A stretch of DNA of 64,000 bases from Octopus vulgaris (taxonomy: Eukaryota): positions 35,836,001-35,900,000 of the forward strand of contig OX597821.1 in the NCBI GenBank assembly GCA_951406725.2, written 5' to 3'. Below are positions 1 to 56,400 of the stretch, in pieces. The position numbers and the translations under genes are program-made. Numbering within the stretch: the stretch's first letter is position 1; the number at the start of each line of letters is the position of its first letter. Below the pieces are notes generated by a model, which saw nothing but the letters and a program-made list of their open reading frames with translations, did no database searches and was not told the DNA's origin.

Positions 1-593
1 TGTAGATTGCTCGTTCCAATGCGTCAACGAATTACAATACTTTTTTACGTGAGAATATATTCACTAAGCAAAAATTCCATGTTATTCCTCAAAACGTTTA
101 TTCATTGGTTCGTTTTTTGTTCTATTATATTTTTCATAAATGCGCTTATTAGTTGGCCGACTCAATACCTACAATAGACATGAACATATTTTTGGACTAT
201 AAACCACGAAATATTTCAGAAATTTTGAAAGATTTTCCTCACGTAAGTTTTAAGCTATTTATTTATACAAAATAATAGAAGCGTGCTAGAATCACGGTTC
301 AACGAACAAAATACCTTGCGGTAATTTTCTTCTGTCTCGTTGCGTCCTGAGTTTGAATTTTTACGAGGTTTCCTTCGCTTTTCATTCTTTCTGGTTCATT
401 ATAATAAAGTAGCATTTATTACTGGTACCGAGGGAATCAACTAATCCATTGATTTCATTACAGCTAGAAATGTGCTTAAAATATAAATAACAGATTGTTG
501 GTTATTTCTTGTTCTTTGATTTCGGAATTGTGTACCATGATTTCCAGTTTTTTTGTTTATTTATTTGTTTTTTGTATTTGCTGCCGAACACCT

Positions 594-944
594 TTAGAGG
601 TTTTATCGTGCGTAGAAGCTACCAGATCCACCAATGTTCCCCTACGCCGGCTGACCCCTTGCCCGTCTGCATCCTCCAAGATGAGGCAGAGCCTCTGGAG
701 ATCCCTTCACATTTGCTAGCTTTCTTACAAAGGGTTCTAATGCTCTTAGCTTAGACTTTTTGGGTGGCAGCCAGATTGAACCATCTCAAGTGTAACTGCC
801 CGAAATGGTCGTGACCTCTGGGACTTGAGTGATGAAAGAAAGTCAAAATCCGTTATTTTTTTCCTTGCTTGTCCTTCTAATTGTTGTTTCTCTTGTCGTC
901 TATCTTTCCGAACGTTTTGATAACCTCTATTGCGTTTTTGCTCC

Positions 945-1004
<60 letters not shown>

Positions 1005-1865
1005 TGGATAATCCCAGGTTAGTATCTTTAGAGGTTTTATCGTGCGTAGAAGATACCAGATCCACCAATGTTCCCCAACGCCAGCGGTCCCGTGCAAGTC
1101 CGTCTGCATCCTCCAAGATGAGGCAGAGCCTCTGGAGATCCCCTAAATCACGTTCAGCCATCTGATGCAGAGCCTGCCACGGGATTCATCTAACCCGCGG
1201 CTATTGCATCGGAAGAGAGTAAGATTTGAACAAATTGGAAAAGATCAATGATCATGCGAGGCGCGCCGACGAGCTTGGGAATTTTCTTGAGGGAAGCGTA
1301 GTCAAACATTTTGGATACTGCTTTGAAGTCGACGAAGGTAATGTAGAGGTGAACTCCCAAGATTTTTCAATAATGAAACGAAGAGCAGAAATATGTTCAG
1401 CGGCAGACCGACTTGATAGATCAACACAGCTGAGAAGGATCCTGGTGCAGAGTTTTCCAGGATTAGAGTGAAGGGTGTTGCCTCTGTTGTTACTGCAGAC
1501 GAGTTTGCCGCCGTTCCGTTTCGAGGAAACGAGGATGGTGCACCGATTCCAGTTATTTCTCAGTCATTCTCACACATGGTTGATTATGCGAGTGATCAAC
1601 TGGGTCATGTTTTCTCCTACAAAGTTCAACCTCTCCGCAGTGATACTGTACTGCAGATGCCAGTGGCTTCGTGGTTATTGAGCTTCTTCAAGGCAGCACC
1701 GACTTCGTCGGGTTTGATAGGATCGATTTTAAGTACCTTTCGTTGTGGCTCTATTTGTGGAAATATTTAGGATGAGATCGATTGTGACTGGCTGGTGTGA
1801 AAGAAGAAGCCTAAAGTGCTCCTTCAAGCGTTCGAGAGAGGCAATTTCCATGGTGATAATGTTGC
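594..1865 (-). mobile_element. decayed RTE-like LINE fragment (about 1025-1865) plus a second copy of its 3' end (about 594-705)
   Basis: Minus-strand remnants such as PDEVGAALKKL and the C-terminal DLQRLCLILEDA..LARDRWRW; 594-705 repeats 1028-1143. Confidence 0.65.
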
Positions 1866-1889
1866 ATTTATGATACTTATATACTGCAG

Positions 1890-44469
<42,580 letters not shown>

Positions 44470-44589
44470 AATAACGAAAACAAAAATAACAATTTAATGA
44501 CTAAATATTTAAACTAACCTCGTACATTTTGAGAACGGTTTCAATTTCACTTTCCTTAACTCAAGAAGAAAATAATTATCGCTTATAAT

Positions 44590-44674
44590 GTTTTTACTGT
44601 TGCTGACATTGTTGTTGTTATTGTTACTATTATCATTATTACTATTGTTGTTGTTGTTGCTGTTGTTATTAATA

Positions 44675-44711
<37 letters not shown>

Positions 44712-44735
44712 CATTATTATTATTATTATTATTAA

Positions 44736-44767
<32 letters not shown>

Positions 44768-44795
44768 CTGTTGTTGTTGTTATTATTATTATTAT

Positions 44796-44836
<41 letters not shown>
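44590..44836. repeat. compound (TTG/TTA/GTA)n microsatellite in the probable 3' UTR
   Basis: Directly visible, about 120 nt after the stop codon. Confidence 0.9.
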
Positions 44837-44837
<1 letters not shown>

Positions 44838-44945
44838 ATGGCAAGTTAATTTGCGAAAATAATGAGCAATATACTCTTACACCTAAATTACTTATGTTTC
44901 CAAGAAAAAAAAGTATAACATAAATTGGATGCAACATAATTGTCC

Positions 44946-44951
44946 AATAAA
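44946..44951 (+). promoter_or_regulatory. candidate polyadenylation signal of the M13 gene
   Basis: AATAAA about 480 nt after the stop codon; the context is AT-rich, so this is weak evidence. Confidence 0.3.
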
Positions 44952-45229
44952 AATACATTTCTTTTTAGATTACATGCAATTTTTGTAGTCAAATAGACCT
45001 TCAATTTCAAATGTACGTCTTCAAATTTGGTGATTGCTTTACACTTTTGCGGTAGAAGTATGGAGATCGTGTAAGTCTTGTTAATTGTATTAAATACATA
45101 TGCGTTTACAATATGAAATTTTAAAACGCGACTAAATTGCCGCTGAGATTTACTGGAGTATGTTTCAGTTTCCAATTCAACAAAATGATCCAGCTGTTGA
45201 ATTTTTCGTTGTATATTCATTTGCCTGCG

Positions 45230-46410
45230 TTAAAGAATAACGGTTTGTTCTATAGTTAAGAGATGACGAATTATGTACATTATTATACAATATTTACATT
45301 CGACGGATATTTGTCCTCGTCTTGTTTGTTGTTAACACAACGTTTAGGCTGATATACCCTCCAGCCTTCTTCAGGTGTCTTAGGGAAATTTCGAACCTGG
45401 GTACTCATTCCTAAGGTATTTTTCGATGTTGCTATCATTTTTATTATTATTATTATTGTTGTTGTTGTTGTTGTTCAGAATCTTGGGGCTAGTAGCCCGC
45501 GCTCTTAACCACTACGCCATATGCCCGTGGGCGATTATAGAGGGAATTTTAGAATTTAGAGAATGATCTAACAGCACTTAGGTATCTTCCTGGTGGGGCC
45601 AGAGAATAAAGGTGTCATCCACATATCGTAGCCATAGTGTTGGTTTTAGTGGTGTTGATCATAAAGCCAAATTCTCCACAGTCTGTCTACTCTATGTGAA
45701 AGGCATCTCTGAAAAGATACAAAAGATATGCGGCCCATATGACATCAGGGCAGTATTCAAGAGTAATACAACACTTCGCAAATATCTCTTTCGAGTACAA
45801 CCACCAGTAGAAGAGAATATGACCAAAGATTGCGTGTACTCCATCCTATGCAGCTGTAGTAGGTTATAAAAAGGCGAAACATGCCGCCCCCTCACAATAA
45901 AGGTAGACGAATATCGCGAAGCTGTGACAGGAGGATATATTGATAAATCGGGTATAGTTGATCATATATGGAAAAATGGAGACTAACTCCCCCTGTGGGA
46001 TGAAGTTAAAATAACAGACAGAGAACACCACTGGAAAATACGAAAACTAAAGGAAGCAGCACATATGCTAGGACACAACAACCTCCTAAGCAGATCGAGT
46101 GCAGATATGAAAAGCATATGGGAACCGGTACTAAGGAAGGATTGAAAAATATTAGATTTATAAGCCTTAAAGTTCACTCCATAATTGTCCGCGGGCTAGT
46201 AACCTCAAGATTCCGAGTTCGGTTCCAAGCACTGACCTGAACAACAACAACAACAACAATAATAATAATAATAATAACAACAACAACAACATCGAAAAGT
46301 ACCTTAGGAATGAGAATCCAGGTTCGACATTTCCCCAAGACACCTGAAGAAGGCTGGAGAGTATATCAGCCGAAACGTTGTGTTAACAACAAACAAAATG
46401 AGAACAAATA
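45230..46410 (+). mobile_element. 5'-truncated Penelope-like element: GIY-YIG endonuclease flanked by inverted terminal repeats
   Basis: LYVKGISEKI..I, CVYSILCSCS..YKGET.RPL..., RKLKEA; about 45307-45560 is the reverse complement of about 46150-46410. Confidence 0.88.
46339..46384 (+). ncRNA. minimal type I hammerhead ribozyme in a Penelope terminal repeat
   Basis: gacac CTGAAGA a ggctg-gagagtatat-cagcc GAAA cg T T gtgtt; palindromic loopless stem III (ACGU). Confidence 0.75.
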
Positions 46411-48060
46411 ACATGCCTATCAACCTCATACAAAACTCTAACATCAATCATCCATAACCGGGTCGTAAAGCACCTATAAAACAACAATGTCTTATCAGAA
46501 GAACAAAAAGGGTGCCGGAGGGGTATATATGGCAGTAAGAAGCAACTTCTGGTAAACCGAGCAATTATAGAGGACTGTAAGAGAAGAAAGACAAGCCTGA
46601 ACTTGACTTGGAATGATTACCAGAAAGCATTCGACGGTGTTCCACACTCATGGATACTGGAATCTCTTCACACAAATAAAATATATTAAAAATGCAATAT
46701 AATATTAAAAATGACTCACAAGTTATTAAAACATGCCCTATACCAATAAAAAAGAGGAATTTTCCAGGGAGACTCACTGTCACCTCTGCTTTTTCGCCTT
46801 TCTCTCTGAGCCCGCTGACAAACTTGTTAAACGAAACCACCGTGGGTTATAGGTGTTACGGGCAAAAAATAAACCATCTCCTGTATATGGGTGACCTAAA
46901 ACTTTATGCTAAAAGCAACTTTATCAAAATTGTTCAAAGTTTCAGCAATGAGATTGGAATGAGCATGGGACTGGACAAATGCATCAGAGTCACACTGAGA
47001 AGATGCAAATAATTCAGCATTGAAAATACTGCAGCCGACAAAGACGCAAACATCAGAGAATTAGACTGCTACCGTCCATACAAATATTTAGGAATAGAAG
47101 AAACAGTTAAAATACAACACATAAATGAAAGAGAAAATAGGGAGACTATTACGGAAGAGTTAGACTAACATTAAACACTGAACTTAATGCTAAAAACAAG
47201 ATAATAGGGATAAACACGCTAGGCATACCAGTCATAAATTACAGCTTTCACATAATAAATTGGAAGATCAGTGAATTGAGAAACCTAGATAGAAAAACCA
47301 GATAACTCCTAGCAGCGTACTCAAGTCACCACCTCAAAGCAGACGCAAACAGAATATATATCAATACTTGGACCAGGAAAATACTTAGAAACAAAGAGAG
47401 TAAGACTACTGCATGTACACAAAGAGGATACACAATACAGAACAGAAGCAAACTACACTGACACACAGACCTCCGGCGACAACATAACTGAAATTTTCAA
47501 AGAGACAGAAAAGAACATGGCGACGAGTGGGCAGAAACGTTAGCAAGCCGGACGAAATGCTTAGCGGTATTTCGTCTGCCCTTGCGTTCTGAGTTCAAAT
47601 TCCGCCGAGGTCGACTTTGCCTTTCATCCTTTCGGGGTCGATAAATTAAGTACCAGTTACGCACTGGGGTCGATCTAATTGACTTAATCCCTTGTTTGTC
47701 CCTTCTATGTTTAGCCCCTTGTGGGCAATAAAGAAATAAGAAATAAGAAAACATGAAAGCTGAATTACAAAAGATACTGAAGTATAAATGGAAAGAAAAA
47801 CTACCTCATGGCCGGTAGCCTGCAACGAAGTGAGACTAAGTAAAAGAGCACAATGGCTCAAAATTTCTGGGCTAAAAGTCGAAACGGAAGGATTGATTTT
47901 CTCAATATTAGTAATAATTGCAGATTTGGGGCATGATAAAAATCATACGAACACAAGTGTTGAAGCTTTACCTGGATCCTCAACACTACACACTGTCCAA
48001 AAAATAGCTCTACTAGGAACAGCTCACATCCTACGCAAAACAGCATTCATCCAATAATAC
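46411..48060 (+). mobile_element. R4/Dong-like retrotransposon, decayed RT and C-terminus
   Basis: EEQKGCRRG, DYQKAFD.VPH.WI, G.F(Q)GDSLSPLLF, HLLYMGDLKLYAK, YKYLGI, QKIALLGTAHILRK. Confidence 0.85.
47519..47748 (+). mobile_element. SINE family B nested in the R4/Dong-like element
   Basis: Full monomer ending gggcaataaagaaataagaaataag. Confidence 0.92.
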
Positions 48061-48359
48061 AACCTAAACAAAACAAACCATAGATACAAAACACACTATA
48101 TACAACATTGACTCCCGTCAGCAAGCCAGAAAAACAAAGCATTATACACTCAGCAGACAATGCAAGCAGTGACACAACAAAAGACAGCACCACACCTCAA
48201 AGAAAAAAATAAAGACTAACAGAACACAGGGCCGGGAAGAGTTCGCACATGCGCAACAGGAAAAAAGAATACACAATGCTGCGCACAGGCCATCAACACG
48301 GATGAGTGACAGGTGATGCAGTGGAAATTTGCCTCAATCTATCAAATATTGAAGAATTA

Positions 48360-48569
48360 TATAATAATGATAATAATAACAACAACAAATGATGACGACT
48401 ACGATGATGATGATGATGATGATGATGATGACAATAACAACAGCAATAATAATATTAATAAAATAATAACAGGATAATGAACGATAAAAAAACAATAATA
48501 AAAATAAAATCATAAAACAATATAAAGTAATAAATGATAACGATACTACTACTGCTGCTACTACTACTG

Positions 48570-48635
<66 letters not shown>

Positions 48636-48660
48636 ATAATAATAATAATAATAATAATGC
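48360..48660. repeat. compound trinucleotide microsatellites
   Basis: (AAT)n, (GAT)n, (TAC)n. Confidence 0.9.
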
Positions 48661-49265
48661 AATAAATAAAAACAAAATAAAAAGTAAATAATTTAAATAA
48701 CAATTATAAAAATTTAACATAAAATAAAATAAATTCAAAAAATTTAAAGCTTTTAAAATCTAACAAAACAAAACGAAATAAAAATATATATAATTATACC
48801 AATCTCGACCTTTTTATCTCACACTGTATTGTTAAAGTTATCTACGGGACCTGCTAAGGGTTTTATTATAAAAATTTTTTTACAGCGTATCGCTAATTCC
48901 TGCCTACTGTTACAAAGGTTACTCTGCGTCCGTAAGTATTTGAAATGACACTTCTAAGTAAAGTCCACATTTACTTCTTCCTATTTCGTTTGGTTTTGCT
49001 CGACTTAGGTTTGACCTTTTTAGTTCATATTTTGTGTTTTCATCCCTAATTTTCCATAAGTTTGTCTTTGAATGACGAGATTTCGCTGTTATAGTGGAGC
49101 TTAAATGTCGTCGTGCAACATCTTATGCTCTTTTCTATAAATGAGTTATTAAAAAGACATTCTCTAATCCATCTACAGTTAAAAATGGCCCTCTCCTTCC
49201 TGTAGTTACCACCTGCGCGGTTATTATCACTATTATCGTTATCGTCATTAATATTATCATTATCA

Positions 49266-49334
<69 letters not shown>

Positions 49335-49335
<1 letters not shown>

Positions 49336-51120
49336 TTATTGCCTTTGCACAGCTTCTAACGCTGGAGATGTACTACAGTGTCAGCTGTTCACTACCAGTA
49401 AACTAAGATAACACTTCTTATTTTTCGAGCACCACCTTCCGGATTATTCGAGCGGTTCCAAGCAGTGCTGTTTACTGCAAGTGCACCACCCTTATTACAG
49501 CCCCTATTTTTCCACGTACTTCTCGAGATTTTTGCTCACTGTTTCCAGGGCTCTGACAATTATTGGTACTACTGCTACCTTCTTCATCCACCACAACTGC
49601 TTAACTTCCCAAGCTAACCTGTTATATCTCTCGACTTTTCTTTCTTCTTTATCTCATATCTTGTTGTCAGCTGGGCATGCTATATCTGTGATCCAGCATA
49701 GTTTCTTTTCTTTCTCAATTAAGAATGTCCGGTTTCCTATTCTCAATCTCATGGTCGCACTGAATCATAAAATCCCATAGGATCTTTGCATTTCTATTTT
49801 CGACAATGCCTTCAGGTTTTTGGTGGTACCAATTTTTAGCTCTGTCAAGTCCATACTTGTTGCAAAGCGTCCAATGGACGAGCCTGACTATATTGTCGTT
49901 ACGTCTCTTATATTACGCCTGGGCTAGTGGCGTATATTGGCTTGTATTATGCCATACGGTTTCACCGTTTTGTCCACAGATTCTTCACTTATCACTTTCT
50001 GATGTGCTGTCTGTTCTGTATTCTTATGTAGTTTGTTCTTAGTGCATGCTCTTGGGCAGCACAGATTAGAGCCTCCGTTTCCGATTTTAAATCACTTTTA
50101 GTCATCCACAGCCATCGTTTTTCTCTGTCTCTCTTATCATCAACATCCCTATGAAAGTGACCATGCATTCTTTACCCACCTATTTTCAGTTTCATTCATT
50201 TTCAATTTCTTGTATAGTACTTTATCTTTGCAATCTCCAATCCTACACAATACTGACTTTCTTATTTCTCGTAATAGCGGTTCTGTGGCATTTTTTACAT
50301 ACCATGATTTATTGTTTTCTTCTGCTCTAATGCTCTGTTCGCATCCAATAAGTCCTCTTCCCTCTCTTTTTCTTGGTACATACAGTCTGTCTGTGTAATT
50401 CTTGGGTGGAGTGATCCATATCTAGTTAGGAACTTCCTTGTCTTTCTGTCTACTGTCCAAGCGATTACTCCTGCTCCATATCGAAGGAGTGAAACCGCCC
50501 AAGTGTTGATAACTTCGATCTTATTCCATCCGTTTAATTTCGACATAAGGATCAGTCTCAGTCTGCGCAAGTACTCCACCTTAAATTTTTCTGTCATTTC
50601 TTTCTCCATCAATTTATCCATTTCCAAAATTCCCAAGTACTTATAGCTCGTCTCTTCAATCTGCTTCATTCGTTAGTCCATCCATACATTTCATTTTGCC
50701 TCTCTTCAATACTTTCTCAGTCCGAACTCCATTCTGATCTGATTTGAATACATTCTGATCTGCGTCTCTGATCAAGTAATCTACCACTGCTCCTTTCCTG
50801 TGCTATGAGATTACTCATATTAGTAAGAACTGTATTTTCATTCTTATCTATGCTGATATTGTCCATGACTCGTCTTATGATAGCTTCGAGCTCTACTTCT
50901 GTGAACCATCAATTTTTTTCTTATTGCTCTAGCTTGATCATATAGTCTCTGTTCCGTGTGTTGAAACACTCCCTTTTCTCTCTGATGATCATACATACGC
51001 TGTCGGTAACCCCTAATTTGAGCACTATTTTCATCTACCAGGTTGCTCAGGTAATAACACTCCATGACCACAACATAAATTTGTTTGCTCCATCTACGCC
51101 GTCTGTGGTGGTCCCTAGAT
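49335..51120 (-). mobile_element. R4/Dong-like retrotransposon, internally deleted
   Basis: N-terminal VMECYY...GYRQRM...EQRL.DQAR.I, YKYLGILE, INTWAVSLLRY, ILWDF.IQ, LQ.TALLGTARIIRK; (TAA)n at its 3' end. Confidence 0.85.
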
Positions 51121-51479
51121 GGTGTCACAATAGTGATGGTGTCACAATAAAAACACTGGTAATTGCGCAACCTGATAATCTCTACCTCATATGAGTGACA
51201 ATGAAAAAAACGAAATATTGTGAATAACGGTGGTAATGAAACTGAAGTCAATGATGCTGACAGTGTTACATCCGGTAGACTCAGAGATTCTGGTCCGGCT
51301 TCAGCCTGTCGATATCCAGAAAGGGACCACCACACATGGCGTAGATGTAGCAAACAAATTAATGCTGTGGTCATGGAATGTTACTATCAGAGTAACCCGG
51401 TAGTTGAAAATGGTGCTCACATTAGGGGTTACCGACAACATATGTATGATCATTATTATTGTTATTATTATTATTATTC

Positions 51480-52087
51480 AGTAGTTTTATTTTTATAGCG
51501 TGCTTTCACTTCACTACCGAGCGCAGCTCTGTGTGCCTTGGGTATGTGCTGTGATTTGTTGTGATGCTCTGATGGTTATTGTATGGAAAGTGTTCTGCGT
51601 AGGATGTGTGCAGTGCCTAGTAGTGCAATTTTCTGTATGTTATATGTGTTTGTAAGTCCTAGTGTTTTTGTTATGTATTTGTCTGAATATTTTTTTATCA
51701 TGCCTAATGCACCTACTATGATAGGAATTGTTTCTGTTTTCAGATTCCACATTCTAGTTACCTCTATTTCCAGGTCTTTGTATTTTGAGAGTTTCTCAAT
51801 TTCTTTTAGAGACACGTTGTCATCTGCCGGTATTGATACATCAATTAGAAAGCATTTTTTTTCTTCATGATCTCTGACAACTATATCTGGTCTGTTGGCC
51901 TTAATTTCTCTATCTGTGTGTATCGGCATATCCCAGAGTATGGTTGCTTTCTCGTTTTCTGTTACCTTTTCTGGTGTGTGCCTATACCATCTTTTTTCTG
52001 TTGTTATTCCATAATGTTGGCATAGATTCCAATGTATGTAGGTTCCAACTCTGTCATGTCTGTGAATATATTCCTTCTTAGCCAGGA

Positions 52088-52088
<1 letters not shown>
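51480..52088 (-). mobile_element. 5'-truncated R4/Dong-like element with intact RLE domain, inserted in (TAA)n
   Basis: EYIHRHD, TILWDMPIHTDREIKANRPDIVV..C.LIDVSIP..EKLSKYKDL...QKIALLGTAHILRRTLSIQ; TTA repeats on both sides. Confidence 0.9.
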
Positions 52089-52492
<404 letters not shown>

Positions 52493-52829
52493 CAATTCGA
52501 ACCTAAAAGAGAAAACAGCGGAAAGTAATAGAGATTGCTTAATTTTCCAAATTAAAATGCCGTATATAACATGACGGCTGTCTGGTTCTTTTTAAACAAA
52601 ATATCTGTGTTAATGTCATAAAATAGTCCTTTTTATTACAAGGACAAGTTATTTTTGTTATCTATCAAGTGGCTATTGGAAAGCAACATGGTGTACAACT
52701 ATATATATATTCGTTTTCACATATCTCTACTTACACAAGTATACATGAGTACGTAGATTTGTTAGTATGGATATGCTGATGCACCTGATGACATATAAAC
52801 ATTTATTGTTTATACTTTATTTTACTGCT

Positions 52830-53080
52830 TCGATAATAAGTGCTGAAAAATTGCAATTAGAACTATTTCAGCTGAGTGTTGAAAAAACAGAACTACGTTC
52901 AACAGCAATAGAAATTACTGATGTGGAAGGCTTAGGAACTGTCAAGAAACGTGTGACACAAAACTGGCTCAGAAGTTTCAACTGACACCAGCTTTGAAGA
53001 TAAATCAAATCAGGGAGACCTGTTGTAGAAGATGAAGCCTTGCTTGAAATGGCTGAACAACAAACAAACACGACCAAAGC
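52830..53080 (+). mobile_element. mariner HTH fragment
   Basis: TV..RV.QNW..SF, LEDK..SGRP. Confidence 0.6.
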
Positions 53081-53399
53081 ACGATGATCGTGTGTTTCAA
53101 AGCAATGCTTCAGCATGGCGGTGTTGGCGAAAAATGAGAAAGGGCCATGATCTTCGAAAAAGGAAAAAATGAGAAGACCTGAAGAAATTAACTAAGAAAA
53201 ATGAAGTGAGAAAAAAATAAAACATTAACAAACTTAAGAACGAAACAGAAAATCGGGAACTGCGTCTCTTTGGCTAGTTTGCAACAAAATTGATATTGTT
53301 GGTGAACGTTTGTTAAATTTGTGAGACTGCATGCTTAATACGGAGAGGGTATTGCTAACTAGTTCAATAAACGTTTCAGATCTACAATTTAATATGTCA

Positions 53400-53860
53400 G
53401 TAGAATTCTCAGATCTAGAAAAAAAGAGATATGCAATTTTTTAACTAAACAAAACTGTACCTCTTTATATAGGTATGTTTTATACTTTATACTCAAAATC
53501 CAAGTCCGCATATCACGGCGTTGGTCTATACTATGATGATGGTTTAGGCATGCGTGATGGCTTGAAACTTTAGGAAAACTGTCATATATATTTTAGTCAA
53601 TTAAGACCCGCTAAATCAACGTCTTAGATGTTTCCTAGGGCTTAAACGTGTATCTTATAAATTCTATCATAAACCTAATGAAAACTTCACCTGTATACAT
53701 GAACTGACTTATCTCTCCATTATAGTCAAAAATATTGTAGTCTATATCAGCAATAGGATATCTAATCTCACGTCCTTTAGGGAAGTATTCAATAAGGCAG
53801 CGGCCTACAATAGTAATGTTGTGGTTAAGGGTGGCTTGAATGTTAGAATAACTTACAACC
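53400..53860 (+). mobile_element. decayed Penelope-like RT fragment
   Basis: GLYYDDGL, KPNE...IH, I.KNI...ISNRISNL. Confidence 0.6.
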
Positions 53861-53999
53861 TTATAACTATGAATATAAAATATAAAAAGATGCAGGACGT
53901 TTCCTCGCCTTAATTGATAAACATCTCCTATATAAACATGTGTGTGTGTGTGTGTGTGAGTGTGTGTGTGTGTGTGTGTGTAGGAAACTTTTTTAATAT

Positions 54000-54340
54000 A
54001 GGCGTGGCTGTGTATTACGAAGCTTGCTTCCCATCCACATGGATTCAGGTTCAGACCCACTGGGTGGCACCTTGGGCAAGTGCGAGTGGATCTAGTAGAC
54101 AGAAACTGAATGAAACCCGTCGTATGTGTGTGTGCGTGCGTGTGTGTGTGTGTTTATTTTCATGTCTGTGTTTCTCTCCCACCATCGCTTTACAACAGAC
54201 TCTGGTGTGTTTACGTCCCCGTAACTTAACGGTTCGGCAAAAGAGGCCGATAGAATAAGTAATAGGCATATAAAGAATAAGTCCTGGGGTCGATTTGTCC
54301 GACTAAAAGGTGATGCTCCAAATAAAAGAATAAAAGAATA
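54000..54340 (+). mobile_element. SINE family A
   Basis: Matches 6919-7326, with internal deletions. Confidence 0.85.
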
Positions 54341-54849
54341 TGATCAGGGAAAGTTTTATTCTGATGCTGTTCCAGCGAGAAGAATGTTATCAATTGCAGG
54401 TCGCACGAGGCGCCCACTCCAAGTTGTAACTGTTCCCAGAAACTTGCTTACTCTAGCAGACATTCGTGATTACATCAGTGATTTATGAAATACTATTAAC
54501 TTCAGTGCTCCAACATAATAACATCCAAAAAGAAGAATATATTGATAGATGCGAAGGTGATTTTAATAAAAAGATATGCTAACCACCGTTAGGCGTTAGG
54601 ACAATGGCAAGCTAATGCAATGTTGGAAAGGAGTCGTGAACTATGAATGAGTATATATTGTTGCCTAGTTTGTAAAAAAATTATTGATGAAAATTAAGGA
54701 TTACATAGTGCAAGAAAACGAACGAATTTATCTAACAACCCAATAATTTATTAACAGTAACTTCTAATCGGTGTGAAATAAAACATGTGGACGATCATGA
54801 ACAAGATTATTGATTTCAAATTTCACATTTTCATAATTAAGAGTTTCTT

Positions 54850-55210
54850 ATTTTTATGCTTGTGGTGATCTCATTCTCGCCCATAGCATCATAAGCGGAA
54901 AGTGTAACCTCTCGAAAGAGCTGTTCTTCACTCCTGCTCCAGAGCGTCGGCTGCGGGGTCATTCCGAAAAGCTCTACCTGCGACGATTTCATCTCAATCG
55001 AAGGAGAGGAGCTTTCTCCGTCCGGGTTGCGGATCCGTGGAACAAGCTGCCAGACGAGATGGTGAAGATGCCGACGACCGCTTTGTTCAAAGCCTCCCTT
55101 GACCTCAAGTGGCCTGAACACTTTACATGAACACCACCCTGTACTTAACTCCATGTCCCCCTACATGGCCTTGCTATTTGCTTTTGAGCCAAATTAACTA
55201 ACTAACTAAC
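54850..55210 (+). mobile_element. CR1-like LINE 3' end with (AACT)n tail
   Basis: LRGHSEKL...FHLNRR...FSVRVADPWNKLP.E.V.....FKASLD; tail aattaactaactaactaac. Confidence 0.85.
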
Positions 55211-55879
55211 ATAATATAGATAACCTAAAACCATAGTTTGCCAAGATGAACGCATTCTCTGAATTATATATGTAACTACTGTGGAACTTTATTAGGTAAA
55301 GTTTAGGTAATATACATGTAGAAATTCATCAATATTATTTATTTTTCTATATGGGCTTACATTACATTAAGTTCAATGATTGTTTACAGAACAGTGAGTT
55401 ATTGAAAGCAAATGAAGTTAGAGTGACCCGTCAGCATACTATTTAAGTATATTTCAGGGCATTCAAATATAGAAAAACAACTGTATGATCAACATTTTAT
55501 TCCGTGACAGAATATTCCTTTCGCAATTTCTCAATTTTAAATCGTTCATTTAAAAACAATATATATTTTTAAATTTAAATCATCCTTATAAGAAGGTTGG
55601 TCACGTTCCTAGAAGAAACTGACTAGCAAACACGCAAAGTATCTTCCATTAAAGGAAGAGCTACTTCACATAGATTCTACCGCACTTTTATGGAGTAGTG
55701 AAAGAAAAGATCAGTTTATCTAATGTGAATGTGATGTAACACGATTTGTCAAGACCGTTGGCAAAGCTGATCATAAAGTCATATACTTCAGTCTACGCAA
55801 ACTTGGTATCGCTGGGAAACAAGGAGAATTGGTTGAATGGTGTTTTAAAACACAGAAGTCAGAGAGATACAGTCAATAG

Positions 55880-55925
<46 letters not shown>

Positions 55926-55929
55926 AACG

Positions 55930-56400
55930 TTGGTCCCTGATGAAATCCTAAACATCAGACAGACCTGAATGAAATATACAAGTGAGTTGACGGAATTAAC
56001 GTGTAGTTCACTGCCGAGAAGTTCGAAGCATTCTGCTATCGACCCACTAAGAGACAACAATCGGAATATCTATACGAGGAGGTAGTGCAATTCCAGAGTC
56101 AGAGTAGGTGCGTGACCTAGGAATCCACCTAAGTAATAATGCAGTATTCCATGTGCATATTCCAGAAGTGACAGAACTCTGTAGGTGAGCGGTTGATTGG
56201 ACTCTGAAATTATTCAGACTTAAGAAAAAGGATGCCATCCTACTCATATTGAAAACATTCATTCTCAATTAAATAGATGACTGTTCCCAACTGTAGTCAC
56301 CACAAGACACCTAGAAGCGGAACTCGAAACAATCCAGCATCACTAAACAATGAAGATTGACTTGGTGCAACTAATGAGCTAGGAAAAGCTAAAAGAAATG
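55930..56400 (+). mobile_element. CR1-like RT fragment
   Basis: VRDLGI, ILKLFR, LLILKTFIL..IDDCSQL.SP remnants. Confidence 0.55.

Noticed and set aside
44509-44958. Poly-N/T/L ORFs (also 24856, 27898-28280, 48334, 52149)
   Set aside because: Triplet microsatellite artefacts.
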